DNA from: a virus
Taxonomy: Duplodnaviria > Caudoviricetes
Strand: one strand, 5' to 3'
Length of the DNA stretch: 40,565 bases
Virus record (IMG/VR): IMGVR_UViG_3300044840_000027
Span: 1-40,565 of that record
In this document: positions 1 to 7,970 of the stretch, piece after piece
Position numbering within the stretch: position 1 is the stretch's first letter
Layout: each line of letters starts with the position of its first letter
The notes under the pieces: generated by a model
What the model was told of the DNA's origin: nothing
Seen by the model: the letters and a program-made list of their open reading frames with translations, nothing else
The model's database searches: none
Position numbers and translations under genes: made by a program

Positions 1-259
1 CGCAGTTCTGCACACGTTCGCGCTCGATGATGTCGTGCAGATCCTGACAATTGAGAGCGCGCGCGAGCACCACTGCGGTCTCCAAACGCGGCGTCGATTC
101 GCCCGACAGGTAGTTGTGCAGCTGCGTGCGTCCGAGCCCGGTTTGGAGCGCAGTTCCGCGCACAGAAACGCCGGCCTCTTCGATGGCGCGCCGCAGCCGG
201 CGGCCGAACCTTCTGGCCAATGTGCGACGCGGGGATCCCGGCAGGGCCTTGAAGGTCAT
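1..259 (-). CDS. XRE-family HTH protein, truncated by window start
   Basis: Manual translation from ATG 259 (ATGA overlap with 256..1083): MTFKALPGSPRRTLARRFGRRLRRAIEEAGVSVRGTALQTGLGRTQLHNYLSGESTPRLETAVVLARALNC; HTH_3 pattern; not in ORF track. Confidence 0.8.
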   Translation of the reverse strand, partial: MTFKALPGSPRRTLARRFGRRLRRAIEEAGVSVRGTALQTGLGRTQLHNYLSGESTPRLETAVVLARALNCQDLHDIIERERVQNC

Positions 260-1083
260 GTCTTCTCCGTAAGGAGCGGCTCGGCGCCGAGGGCATCAAG
301 CAGGCGATAGCCGGCGTTGAGGACCTCGTTCAGCTCCTCGGCTTCGGCGGACATCTCTTCCCATTCGGTCTGCCATGCAGCGACGCGCAGCTGCAGCTGG
401 GCCACGAAGACGTCCTCGTGGACCGCAGCCGAGGCGGGCACCTCGGGGATCAGTACCTGAGCGACCGGGTCGGCGACCCCCGGCGGCGATGGCGGAGTCC
501 CGAGGTCTTCCCGACCCTTGAGTTGAGCCTCCCGCTCGGCGAGCAGGCGCGCGACCGTTTCATCGAAGGTCGGTCGCGGCCGGTGAGCAGCCGCGCCCTC
601 CAACCGTTTGCAGGAGCGACACTGGCCCTGCAGTTTGTCCTTGGAGTGCGGGTGCCGGCCGAACTCGGTTACGGGCTTAGGAAGCCCGCAGCTCGAGCAG
701 ACCTTGGTGGGGGCGGGTTGCTTTTCGTCGACGTTGCCCGCGTCAACACGGAAGGGGGGAGACTCATGATCACCCGCCCCCGGCGGAGGGAGGTCGGGCC
801 CGGCGCCGGAGGCAGTAACGTCCTCCGGATCTGGATCCAACGACTCTCCCCCTGCCGGGACCGCGTCACCATCTTCCCTGGGCGGTCGGGCGCGACCGAC
901 GAACGTCGACCGCTTCAGGGCCGCCCTCCAGGTGAGCACGCCCGGATCCACCAGGACCTCGACCAGCGGCGCGGTTTTGCGCTCGGGCCATTTGTCGTGC
1001 GGCAGATCCTGGTAGACCGCCAGGCGCTCGAGCACCGCGGTTACCTCGATCTCCTTGCCATGCAGTGAAGCTGCGAATGGCAC
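256..1083 (-). CDS. Hypothetical protein with Cys4 zinc ribbon and C-terminal coiled coil
   Basis: CSSCGLPKPVTEFGRHPHSKDKLQGQCRSC motif; operon context. Confidence 0.6.
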   Translation of the reverse strand: MPFAASLHGKEIEVTAVLERLAVYQDLPHDKWPERKTAPLVEVLVDPGVLTWRAALKRSTFVGRARPPREDGDAVPAGGESLDPDPEDVTASGAGPDLPPPGAGDHESPPFRVDAGNVDEKQPAPTKVCSSCGLPKPVTEFGRHPHSKDKLQGQCRSCKRLEGAAAHRPRPTFDETVARLLAEREAQLKGREDLGTPPSPPGVADPVAQVLIPEVPASAAVHEDVFVAQLQLRVAAWQTEWEEMSAEAEELNEVLNAGYRLLDALGAEPLLTEKT

Positions 1084-1141
1084 GTCAAGTCGTTCGCCGA
1101 CCTCATGAAGGGCGACCTCGAAGCTCAGCGGAGTCGGCAGG

Positions 1142-1369
1142 TCACTCGCCGTCGGGATCGTCCTCGGGATGCAACTTGAGCGTCCCTTGTCGCGGATCCC
1201 CCTTGACCAGGACGACGGTCAAGCGTGACTCCTCGCGCTCGTGGTCGACCTTCTCGGTGTGGCTGGCCACCCGCCAGCCGGCGTCGAGGACGTCTTCGGC
1301 GATGGAGGCGACCAGGGCGCGGACGGGGACCTCGGGCTTGGACGTGATCGTGGTTTGGTTGCTCATCAA
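1142..1369 (-). CDS. Hypothetical protein
   Basis: 4-nt overlap with upstream gene, GGAGG upstream, plausible composition. Confidence 0.55.
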   Translation of the reverse strand: MMSNQTTITSKPEVPVRALVASIAEDVLDAGWRVASHTEKVDHEREESRLTVVLVKGDPRQGTLKLHPEDDPDGE

Positions 1370-1629
1370 GCGAGTCCTCCAGGAACCGCTGAGAGGCCGC
1401 TCAGCCCGGCCAGGTGAGCACCTGGAGAGGATTGCGCGTCACGCCACCCGACCGCCCATGCGCGCGTGTACGCCTCCGACCAGCTGCCTCGTCGAGCCCG
1501 GCGGATCGTCTTGACGTGGCGGTAGGGGTTGTCGACCAGCTGGGCGCCCGCACGGAAGGCGTCCGCGCCTCGGAAGAACGCCCGGCGGAGCGCACCCGAG
1601 GGATGGGCCCTGTACTGGTCGGGACTCAT
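1366..1629 (-). CDS. Rmf/CrpP-fold protein
   Basis: AFFRGADAFRAG..NPY..AWAVGWRDA matches the Rmf pattern A..G..A..G..(C/N)PY..W..GW. Confidence 0.7.
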   Translation of the reverse strand: MSPDQYRAHPSGALRRAFFRGADAFRAGAQLVDNPYRHVKTIRRARRGSWSEAYTRAWAVGWRDAQSSPGAHLAGLSGLSAVPGGLA

Positions 1630-1847
1630 CGCTCTGCCACCACCTGGCGCAGTCCCTCGAGCAGGTTGCCGTAGGCGATCCGGCGCTCCCCGGTCGGGCG
1701 GTTGAGCCCTCGCTCCCAGCGGTAGACGGTGGCGAAGTCAACCCCGAGCTCTTCGGCGACGCGGCGGATGGAGACGCCGGCGGCCTTGCGGATGGCTCGC
1801 GCCCTGGCCGGCCTCGGTATGCGTCGGACCTCGTCGAGGAGCGTCAT
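1626..1847 (-). CDS. XRE/Cro-type HTH protein
   Basis: Start re-called to ATG 1847 (ATGA overlap); RKAAGVSIRRVAEELGVDFATVYRWERG. Confidence 0.85.
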   Translation of the reverse strand: MTLLDEVRRIPRPARARAIRKAAGVSIRRVAEELGVDFATVYRWERGLNRPTGERRIAYGNLLEGLRQVVAER

Positions 1848-1990
1848 GGCTGGGCCGTCGCGGTGGCTGGTGATCCGATCCCGCCGTGCTGCCCGGTCAC
1901 GGTGCCCAGCAGGTAGCCGGCGCCCATGCCGCCGAAGAACAGGAAGAGCGCGGCGAGCATGAGCAGGCAGGCCACCAGGAAGCGGATCAC
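1844..1990 (-). CDS. Small membrane protein, 48 aa
   Basis: Manual translation MIRFLVACLLMLAALFLFFGGMGAGYLLGTV; 4-nt overlaps at both ends. Confidence 0.65.
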   Translation of the reverse strand: MIRFLVACLLMLAALFLFFGGMGAGYLLGTVTGQHGGIGSPATATAQP

Positions 1991-3105
1991 GATCGGGGCG
2001 AGTCCTCGAGCGGCAGCGTCCCGTCCATTGCCTGGTCGGGCTTCTTCTCATACCAGTTGCCGCGGCTGAACTCCCAGATGACGCCCTCGGCGTCGGTGTG
2101 GCGCGCGCCCTCCTTGGGCGATACGGGGAAGGCCGGTGCGGCGTCTTCGTCCGGGATGAGCGTCACGATCCCGTCGACCATGTCGAGGCGGTACTCGCCA
2201 CGATTGATGGCCCGGGCCTTGTCGAGGATGTCGGCAGCCTGGTCGCGAGTAAGTTCGCGCCCACTGGTCTTGCCGGTGACGGCGAAGATCAGGTCGGCCC
2301 GCTCGATGCCAGCCTCACGGCAGGCCTTGGCGATCTGTTGCGCCAAAGTCATTCGCTCGCCATCGACCGGATGGCCAGCGGACGCATCCGGTGTGATTGC
2401 CTCCGGCTCTGGTCCCGGCGGCGGCTCGACGTTCGACTCAGACGAAATCTCGTCAAGGGCTGGGTCGGGTGCGGGCGGCGGTTCGCTTACTAGTGAGGGT
2501 GTTGTGGCCGCACGGCCCGCACGCCGACGTCTGGGAGGTTCTTGAGCTGGGCTGGCGTCAGAAGCGCCCGGGCCGCCATCCTGGCCGTCCTCGAGCTCCT
2601 CAACGTTGTAGGGGATCCCGGCGAGGACGTCCATGAAGGCCCCTCGTGCGCAATCGCCGGTCGCCCGGGCGACGAGCATGTTGCGCGGGTACTTCTGCCA
2701 GTTCTGCTTTCCGGCGAGTTGGGCGCGCCTGGCGTCCTCGATCGTCCAGGTCACCGTCAGGATCCGCTCCTCGCCACGGCGCTGCCCACAGACGGTGGCC
2801 CTGGTAATGGTCATTTCCTCGATCCAGATCCGGTGGCCGTGGGCGAGGATCAGGGACCGCTGCCCAGCTGCGTACAGACCCGGCTTGCCCTCAATGACGT
2901 GGATCAGGGCCAGCGACGCCATCGGGGGCAGTCCGATCTCGTGACCGGTCAGGATCGCGGCGGCGATCGCCGCCGGCCGATTGCGCAGCGCGGCAGGCAC
3001 GAATTCGGTAGCCGCCAGCTTGTCAGCCAGCTGGAAGGCCATCGGCATCACTTCGAACGAGGACTTTTCGACGACGTCGCCCGGCCGATAGAGAGCCAAG
3101 GACAT
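1987..3105 (-). CDS. recT: RecT-like single-strand annealing recombinase
   Basis: Start re-called to ATG 3105 (TGATG); FVPAALRNRP..GHEIGLPPM..IHVIEGKP..WQKYPRNMLVARA..YNVEEL. Confidence 0.85.
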   Translation of the reverse strand: MSLALYRPGDVVEKSSFEVMPMAFQLADKLAATEFVPAALRNRPAAIAAAILTGHEIGLPPMASLALIHVIEGKPGLYAAGQRSLILAHGHRIWIEEMTITRATVCGQRRGEERILTVTWTIEDARRAQLAGKQNWQKYPRNMLVARATGDCARGAFMDVLAGIPYNVEELEDGQDGGPGASDASPAQEPPRRRRAGRAATTPSLVSEPPPAPDPALDEISSESNVEPPPGPEPEAITPDASAGHPVDGERMTLAQQIAKACREAGIERADLIFAVTGKTSGRELTRDQAADILDKARAINRGEYRLDMVDGIVTLIPDEDAAPAFPVSPKEGARHTDAEGVIWEFSRGNWYEKKPDQAMDGTLPLEDSPRS

Positions 3106-3533
3106 CAGGCCGCCACCTTCTTGTCCCGGTACTGGCGCGCCCGCTTCAGCCGATGGCATTCGCGACAGCCCCGCCATCGCCCGTGGGTGCCGCGGGCATA
3201 CGTGTTCTCCGGCGTAAAGGGATGCCCCTGCCGACAGTGAGTCGCCTGGGCGTTCCGTGAGGTGAGACCTACGCCGCGCAGCAAGTTTTCCCGCGTGGTC
3301 ACCGGCTCCAGGTGGAGTGGGTTGACGCATTCAGGCGTCCGGCAGAGGTGGTCGATGACGAGCCAATCGGGGATGTCACCGATCAGGAGCTCATAAGCCG
3401 TCCGGTGGGCCCGATTTAGGCGGCCGCCATCCCAAAAGACTCCATAGCCACCGACCTGGTGACCAGCTGTCCAGCGCCAGCAGCCGTTCTGGAGCGGTTC
3501 GACCTTGGCAATAAAGCGGTCGAGGACGCTCAC
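3105..3533 (-). CDS. HNH endonuclease (HNH_3 type) with C-terminal Cys/His DNA-binding module
   Basis: CWRW..AHR..IDHLCRTPECVNPLHLEPVTTREN; THCRQGHPFTPENTY..CREC. Confidence 0.9.
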   Translation of the reverse strand: MSVLDRFIAKVEPLQNGCWRWTAGHQVGGYGVFWDGGRLNRAHRTAYELLIGDIPDWLVIDHLCRTPECVNPLHLEPVTTRENLLRGVGLTSRNAQATHCRQGHPFTPENTYARGTHGRWRGCRECHRLKRARQYRDKKVAA

Positions 3534-4291
3534 GCCGGGACCTCCCGGCGTTGCCAGATGGCCTCACCTCGGACGGCGTCCATCCGGTTCTCCGTCCACC
3601 AGGCGGTCTGGATGCAGAAGAGGAACTGCTTCCACTCCCGCTCGGTCACGTCGTACCGGTAGAGGTCGAAGCCGTCCGCTCGCACCCAGACCACGCCGTA
3701 GAAGTCGATCGACGGCATCGGCTGCTCGGCGCCCTGGTCGTCGACATAGAACTCGGCGTGACCGTAGGCGGCGAGCTGCAGCGCGGTTTCGCCGAAGGGT
3801 CCCGAGCGGTTGGTCTTGATGTCGAGCAGGCACCGGTCGCCGTAGTCGGGGAGCGAGCACAGGAGGTCGAGGGTGCCGGCGTAGCGATAAGCCCGATTGA
3901 AGACCGGGCGCTCGAGCACGGCGTCGGTGGGTTGGAAGGCATCGAGGAAGGCGACGTAGGAGTCGACGTGGCCGGTCAACGGCTCGGGAACGATCGCCTC
4001 CAATCCGCGGGCGAGCTGCTCGCTGAGACGGTGGACTTCAGTCCCGCGATTGGCGGCAGCGTCCCGCTCGCGGAAGGGCGCCCCTTTGACGAGGTCGACC
4101 AGCTCCTGGTCGCTGAGCTGGGTGAGGATCTCGCGATGCGCCGCCACGAACTCTGCGGCCTCGCGCGCAGCCCAGGCCGTCAAGGCCGGCTTGGGTACAG
4201 CCTTGTTGATGATCGTGGTTACGCCCATCACCGGCTTGCCGTCGAGGGCGTAGGAGTGACCCTTGCCTCGGTCGATCCGACGCGCCTTCAC
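3530..4291 (-). CDS. PD-(D/E)XK exonuclease (RecE/YqaJ/Cas4-like partner of RecT)
   Basis: GVTTII..RGTEVH..YAGTLD..LDIKT..QLAAY; adjacent to RecT. Confidence 0.85.
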   Translation of the reverse strand: MKARRIDRGKGHSYALDGKPVMGVTTIINKAVPKPALTAWAAREAAEFVAAHREILTQLSDQELVDLVKGAPFRERDAAANRGTEVHRLSEQLARGLEAIVPEPLTGHVDSYVAFLDAFQPTDAVLERPVFNRAYRYAGTLDLLCSLPDYGDRCLLDIKTNRSGPFGETALQLAAYGHAEFYVDDQGAEQPMPSIDFYGVVWVRADGFDLYRYDVTEREWKQFLFCIQTAWWTENRMDAVRGEAIWQRREVPA

Positions 4292-4548
4292 GCCCGCGGA
4301 TCCCCGAACCGGATGACCAGTGCTTCGTAGGCGGTCAGGAACAGACGCAAGCTTGATTCGGCGATCACGACCCGGCCATCTGGCAGGTCGATCCGGATCG
4401 CGATCGAGGGCCGGCCGCTCTCCATGCCTGCCTCGAGCGCGCCGAGCTCGAAGCCGCCGACATGAATGAGCTCACCGTGTTCTCGCTTCTCGACCAGGTC
4501 CGGCCAAGCGCCTTCGCCGTCGAGCTTGAGCTCGATGTAAGGGTGCAC
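4288..4548 (-). CDS. Hypothetical protein
   Basis: GTG directly after upstream TAG; GMESGRPSIAIRIDLPDG; overlaps next gene by 4 nt. Confidence 0.6.
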   Translation of the reverse strand: MHPYIELKLDGEGAWPDLVEKREHGELIHVGGFELGALEAGMESGRPSIAIRIDLPDGRVVIAESSLRLFLTAYEALVIRFGDPRA

Positions 4549-5145
4549 CTACCGGGCCCTGCCGGCCAAGACTGCGCGTTCAAGCTCGGTGAGGTCCCAG
4601 ACGGCGAGGACGACCCACATATCGCCGCCCAGGTGACGCAACAGGGCGGGATCCCGCGGCGCGACGCGCCGCCACTCCGCCTCGAACAGGACGTGGTAGA
4701 GATGGAGATTCGCCAGCCCGCGCCCTCGGCGAGGACGGTGCTCGGGCGGGACCAGTGGAACGATGGCGCTGAAGTCGGCACTGTTTCGCTCGACGCCCTC
4801 GGCGAGGACCTGGACGTAGTGGTCGTTGACGCTCTGGCCGCCCACGCGTAGGCGCCACCAGTCCTGATCCATGAAGTAGAGGAAGCCCGCGGCCCGGTGG
4901 AGCGTGACCTGGCGGGTATCGGCCCGGGCGATGGCCAGCCGAGGGCGCTGCTGGTCGTCGAAGCCGCCCGCAGCGATGGTTTCGGGCAGGCTGATCAGCT
5001 GGCGGCCGGCGGCGATCTCCTTGAAGCCGCGGGCAAGGGCCCGATCCTCTGCCCAGTTGGTCTCCCGCACCGCCTGCCGGTAGGCGGCGAGCTTGGCGAC
5101 CGCGACCTCCTTGGGGACCTCGAGGACGGCGAGCGGCATCGTCAT
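4549..5145 (-). CDS. Conserved-looking phage hypothetical protein
   Basis: IVPLVPPEHRP..LFEAEW..PRDPALLRHLGGD.WVVLAVWDLTELE; 4-nt overlap with upstream gene. Confidence 0.7.
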   Translation of the reverse strand: MTMPLAVLEVPKEVAVAKLAAYRQAVRETNWAEDRALARGFKEIAAGRQLISLPETIAAGGFDDQQRPRLAIARADTRQVTLHRAAGFLYFMDQDWWRLRVGGQSVNDHYVQVLAEGVERNSADFSAIVPLVPPEHRPRRGRGLANLHLYHVLFEAEWRRVAPRDPALLRHLGGDMWVVLAVWDLTELERAVLAGRAR

Positions 5146-5453
5146 GACGCTCTTGCCCCCTCCAGGCGGAGCAGCTCGGCGATCTTCTCGTGGCGCACTT
5201 CCCGGAGCTGCTCGACCGCCCTGTCGCGCTCATCTCGGGCGCCGAACAGGAACAGCCGCGCGTAGCGGTGCTCGTCTTGAACCAGCCGGCGCAGGAGCAA
5301 GGCCTCCGGCCGCCGGCGATCCGGATGCTCGTAGCCGCTGGGGCGCTGGACGACCCCGGCGATCGCGTCGACCAGCGGCACGGTCGCCGCCAGCGGGATC
5401 CTCAATTCGTCTCCTGTCAGCCGTGCCCGCCGGAGCCTGGTTGCTGTCGTCAC
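5142..5453 (-). CDS. Hypothetical protein
   Basis: 4-nt overlaps at both ends; RBS-like GGAGG. Confidence 0.55.
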   Translation of the reverse strand: MTTATRLRRARLTGDELRIPLAATVPLVDAIAGVVQRPSGYEHPDRRRPEALLLRRLVQDEHRYARLFLFGARDERDRAVEQLREVRHEKIAELLRLEGARAS

Positions 5454-5677
5454 TGCACCCCTCCACCCACAACCGAAATCCGTCTGCGCGACCGGGTGGC
5501 CTCGCAGCGCCTACAGGGAGTCGCGCCGCCGGCCGCCGGCCGGAGATTGCGGACCATGAACTGCTGCCCGCACAGCGCGCGGACCGTCGAATCAGTGGCG
5601 ACGTCGACCAGGTGGCTGATGCGCGCGTCCTCGGCCGCCACCACCTGCCCCAGGACAAAGGCCGGCGCGGGGACCAT
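5450..5677 (-). CDS. Small putative zinc-binding protein
   Basis: H..ALCG..CRRC motif; TGATG overlap. Confidence 0.55.
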   Translation of the reverse strand: MVPAPAFVLGQVVAAEDARISHLVDVATDSTVRALCGQQFMVRNLRPAAGGATPCRRCEATRSRRRISVVGGGVQ

Positions 5678-5967
5678 CAGAGCCGCCAGAGCCCCAGAAC
5701 TTGCGAGCGGTCACGGCCCCGTCGGCGCCACCAGCAGAGGAGGGCGATCATCCGAAGTGCAGGGGGGCGAGAAGCCGACCGCACGGCTGCGGCCGGCTCC
5801 CCGTGCGAAAGGGGGGAAGGCACCAGGTTGGTGAAGCTGATTCGCGGCGCGCGACCTCGGTCTATCGAGGCTCGGGCGGCGACCGCCAGGCCCTCGACGC
5901 GCCGGGCATCGTCACGAGCCCTGCCGTCAAGCACGCCGGAATAGGGAGCGGATGCGAGAGCAGGCAT
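5677..5967 (-). CDS. Hypothetical protein
   Basis: ATG directly after the Cro TAG; fills the operon gap; no motif. Confidence 0.4.
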   Translation of the reverse strand: MPALASAPYSGVLDGRARDDARRVEGLAVAARASIDRGRAPRISFTNLVPSPLSHGEPAAAVRSASRPPALRMIALLCWWRRRGRDRSQVLGLWRL

Positions 5968-6192
5968 CTAGACCGCCTGTTCGGCGAGGAGATCGGCGAG
6001 GTTGGCGTCCGGCGCGTGATCGTCGAACGCGTCGGCGATCTTCTTGGCGACTCCGATGGCGATCGAACGGCCCAAAAGGGCCTGATTCACTGTGGAGCGG
6101 CCGATGCCAGCACGCTTGGCAAGATCGGTCGCGCTCCAGCCTCGAACGGCTAGCTCCTGCCGGACCTTCTCTGAATTGAGTTGAACGCTCAA
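5968..6192 (-). CDS. Cro-like HTH, first gene of the early operon
   Basis: RGWSATDLAKRAGIGRSTVNQAL; RBS AGGAG before TTG; divergent from repressor-like gene. Confidence 0.85.
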   Translation of the reverse strand: MSVQLNSEKVRQELAVRGWSATDLAKRAGIGRSTVNQALLGRSIAIGVAKKIADAFDDHAPDANLADLLAEQAV

Positions 6193-6246
6193 GCCGGTCT
6201 CCTATGTGAGTAGAAAACTTCTCAAAAGCGAAGTAGGACGTCACAA

Positions 6247-6274
6247 AGCATACTTATCGTCCGGAAGAAGTCAA
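6247..6274 (-). promoter_or_regulatory. Sigma70-type early leftward promoter
   Basis: TTGACT-16 nt-TATGCT on the minus strand in an AT-rich intergenic region, upstream of Cro. Confidence 0.7.
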
Positions 6275-6320
6275 GCCATTTCGCACCTTTTCTGCGCTTT
6301 TGCTCATACACTCGCCACCA

Positions 6321-6689
6321 GTGGTCGGTAAGCGGACAGGAGGAAGGCCGGGAAACGCTTATGCAGAGATGGCCGCAAGCGTGATAAGAGAGGCGAGGCA
6401 TTCGTGCGGTGGGGTGGATCCCTTCAGGGCCAGACTCCAGCCGTTAGTTGGCTCCTTCAGCAGGAAGACGATTCATGCCTGGGCTGAAGGGCTGACCAGA
6501 ACCCGCGGCGACGTCGTCCTCGCCTCAGCCGACATCGCTGGCATAGATCTCACCGAGCGTCTTGGAGCAAAGTCGATGCGACAAGAGTTGGCCGAGGTCA
6601 AAGCCGAGTTGGCGGAACAACGTCGGCTGGATGCGGAACTCCGCTCCCAGGTGGCGGAGCTTCGTAGCCGGGATGACCCGAGCGCTTAA
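6321..6689 (+). CDS. Putative immunity repressor (divergent HTH plus coiled coil), possibly leaderless
   Basis: Divergent from Cro; FSRKTIHAWAEG..VVLASADIAG; C-terminal heptads; TACACT (6307-6312) lies 8 nt before in-frame GTG 6321; start uncertain (6300, 6321 or 6369). Confidence 0.55.
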   Translation: MVGKRTGGRPGNAYAEMAASVIREARHSCGGVDPFRARLQPLVGSFSRKTIHAWAEGLTRTRGDVVLASADIAGIDLTERLGAKSMRQELAEVKAELAEQRRLDAELRSQVAELRSRDDPSA

Positions 6690-6716
6690 CCTGCCTGGGG
6701 CGTTGAGTCTTGTTGT

Positions 6717-6869
6717 ATGGCAAGCCCCTCTCGAAAGGACCGCCTCGATCGACTAGAAGCCACGATCGCCAAGCTCGAGCAAGTACTTGATGACCCACTG
6801 GCGCTTATCCGTCGTTTGTGGGAGCTGGAGGTCCAGAGGCGCGCGAGAGAGGGCGACGGAAACCGTTAG
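6717..6869 (+). CDS. 50-aa coiled-coil peptide, not in ORF track
   Basis: Manual translation MASPSRKDRLDRLEATIAKLEQVLDDPLALIRRLWELEVQRRAREGDGNR; fills the gap between repressor and attP; no clear RBS. Confidence 0.6.
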   Translation: MASPSRKDRLDRLEATIAKLEQVLDDPLALIRRLWELEVQRRAREGDGNR

Positions 6870-6887
6870 CCGTTCGCGAAACCGCTG

Positions 6888-6927
6888 GACGTCAGCCCGA
6901 GATCAACTGAACTCGGCGGCTGACGTC
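6888..6927. other. Inverted repeat/hairpin immediately left of the att core
   Basis: GACGTCAGCC (6888-6897) and GGCTGACGTC (6918-6927) plus inner CGAG/CTCG; no U tract. Confidence 0.7.
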
Positions 6928-6929
6928 TG

Positions 6930-6992
6930 GCGGACTCGAAAACCGCTATAGCCGCAAGGCTATCGGGGGTTCGAATCCCTCCCTCTCCGCCA
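6930..6992 (+). other. attP core: 3' part of tRNA-Ser(CGA)
   Basis: Anticodon loop CTCGAAA (6935-6941), long variable arm ATAGCCGCAAGGCTAT, T arm GGGGG-TTCGAAT-CCCTC, acceptor strand CCTCTCC-G-CCA; no 5' acceptor strand or D arm; about 50 bp before the integrase ORF. Confidence 0.9.
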
Positions 6993-7043
6993 ACGTCTGA
7001 TTGAGTTCGGATTGGCGGCGTTCGCAGCGGTTATGAGCAGCGG

Positions 7044-7970
7044 TTGGCCGACACAATACCGTTGGACATGGCGACGAAACCGTTGGACGTTGAGAAAACC
7101 GTTCGACTTCGCCTCGACCAGGCGGTTCGACGCTACCTGACCGACCGGGAAGACAACAACTGCTCGCCCGACACCATGCGGTGGTACCGGCAAAAGCTCA
7201 GCCAGCTGCAGCGGTCCGTCCAGGTCACCCAGCTCGAGGACGTCAGCCGGGATCAGCTGCTCGAGCTCGTCAGCGACCTCCGTCACCGCGGCCGGTCAGC
7301 TCCCTATATCCGTGGCTGGTACCAGGTCTTTCGCGGATTTTTTGGCTGGGCCCGGGTCGAGGGATACCTGATCCACGACTCCCTCATCAATGAGCGGGCC
7401 GACCGCTGGTTCACCCTCAAGAAGCCGATCCAGACCCAGCCCGATATCGACACCTTCTCCGAGGAGGAACTCGACCGGATCTACCAGGCGGCGGGGAGCC
7501 AACGGAACGTTATCTTCTGCCGGCTCCTGGTCGGTACTGGCCTTCGCCTTTCCGAAGCCCTCGCTCTGACCCTGGACGACCTCGAGGACGATCGGCTGCG
7601 GGTCCGGGTGGGCAAAGGTCGCAAGTTCCGGCCGGTGCCCGTCAACCGCGGCCTGCAGCGCGACCTCACTCGCTACATCGAGCGGGTGCGGGAGGATGGC
7701 GAAACCGACCACATCTTCCTGGCCCGGGCGGGCGACCAGTGGAGCCAGAGCGCCGCTACTGCCACCTTGCAGCGGATCAAGAAGCAGACGAGGCTTCCGG
7801 TTCACGCTCACGCCTTCAGGCATACCTTCGCGACCGAGTACCTGCGGCGAGGCGGGGAGATTGACCGGCTGCGGCGGATCCTCGGCCACACCACCTTCGC
7901 CATGACAGCCCGCTATGCCCACCTGGCCGGCGTCGACCTCAACCACAACATCGACAGGCTCACGAATTGA
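7044..7970 (+). CDS. int: Tyrosine integrase (XerC/D-like architecture)
   Basis: GLRLSE (R), GKGRK (K), HAFRHT (HxxR), LGH, RYAH (Y); start may be ATG 7068. Confidence 0.95.
   Translation: MADTIPLDMATKPLDVEKTVRLRLDQAVRRYLTDREDNNCSPDTMRWYRQKLSQLQRSVQVTQLEDVSRDQLLELVSDLRHRGRSAPYIRGWYQVFRGFFGWARVEGYLIHDSLINERADRWFTLKKPIQTQPDIDTFSEEELDRIYQAAGSQRNVIFCRLLVGTGLRLSEALALTLDDLEDDRLRVRVGKGRKFRPVPVNRGLQRDLTRYIERVREDGETDHIFLARAGDQWSQSAATATLQRIKKQTRLPVHAHAFRHTFATEYLRRGGEIDRLRRILGHTTFAMTARYAHLAGVDLNHNIDRLTN

Larger units (their letters stand above)
6862..7107 (+). repeat. Five direct repeats (consensus ACCGTTGGAC) flanking the attP core
   Basis: ACCGTTAGCC 6862, ACCGCTGGAC 6881, ACCGTTGGAC 7058, ACCGTTGGAC 7079, ACCGTTCGAC 7098; 19-21 bp spacing within each cluster. 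Confidence 0.8.

Noticed and set aside
3530-4291. Cas4 as part of a CRISPR system
   Set aside because: No Fe-S cysteine cluster, no other cas genes; RecT context indicates a recombination exonuclease
6900-6992. Complete phage-encoded tRNA-Ser
   Set aside because: No 5' acceptor strand (GGAGAGG) or D arm at the required position and the anticodon stem is mismatched; better explained as attP
6321-6992. Integration-dependent immunity with attP inside the repressor gene
   Set aside because: The repressor-like ORF stops at 6689 and the peptide at 6869, both before the att core, so neither is truncated by integration
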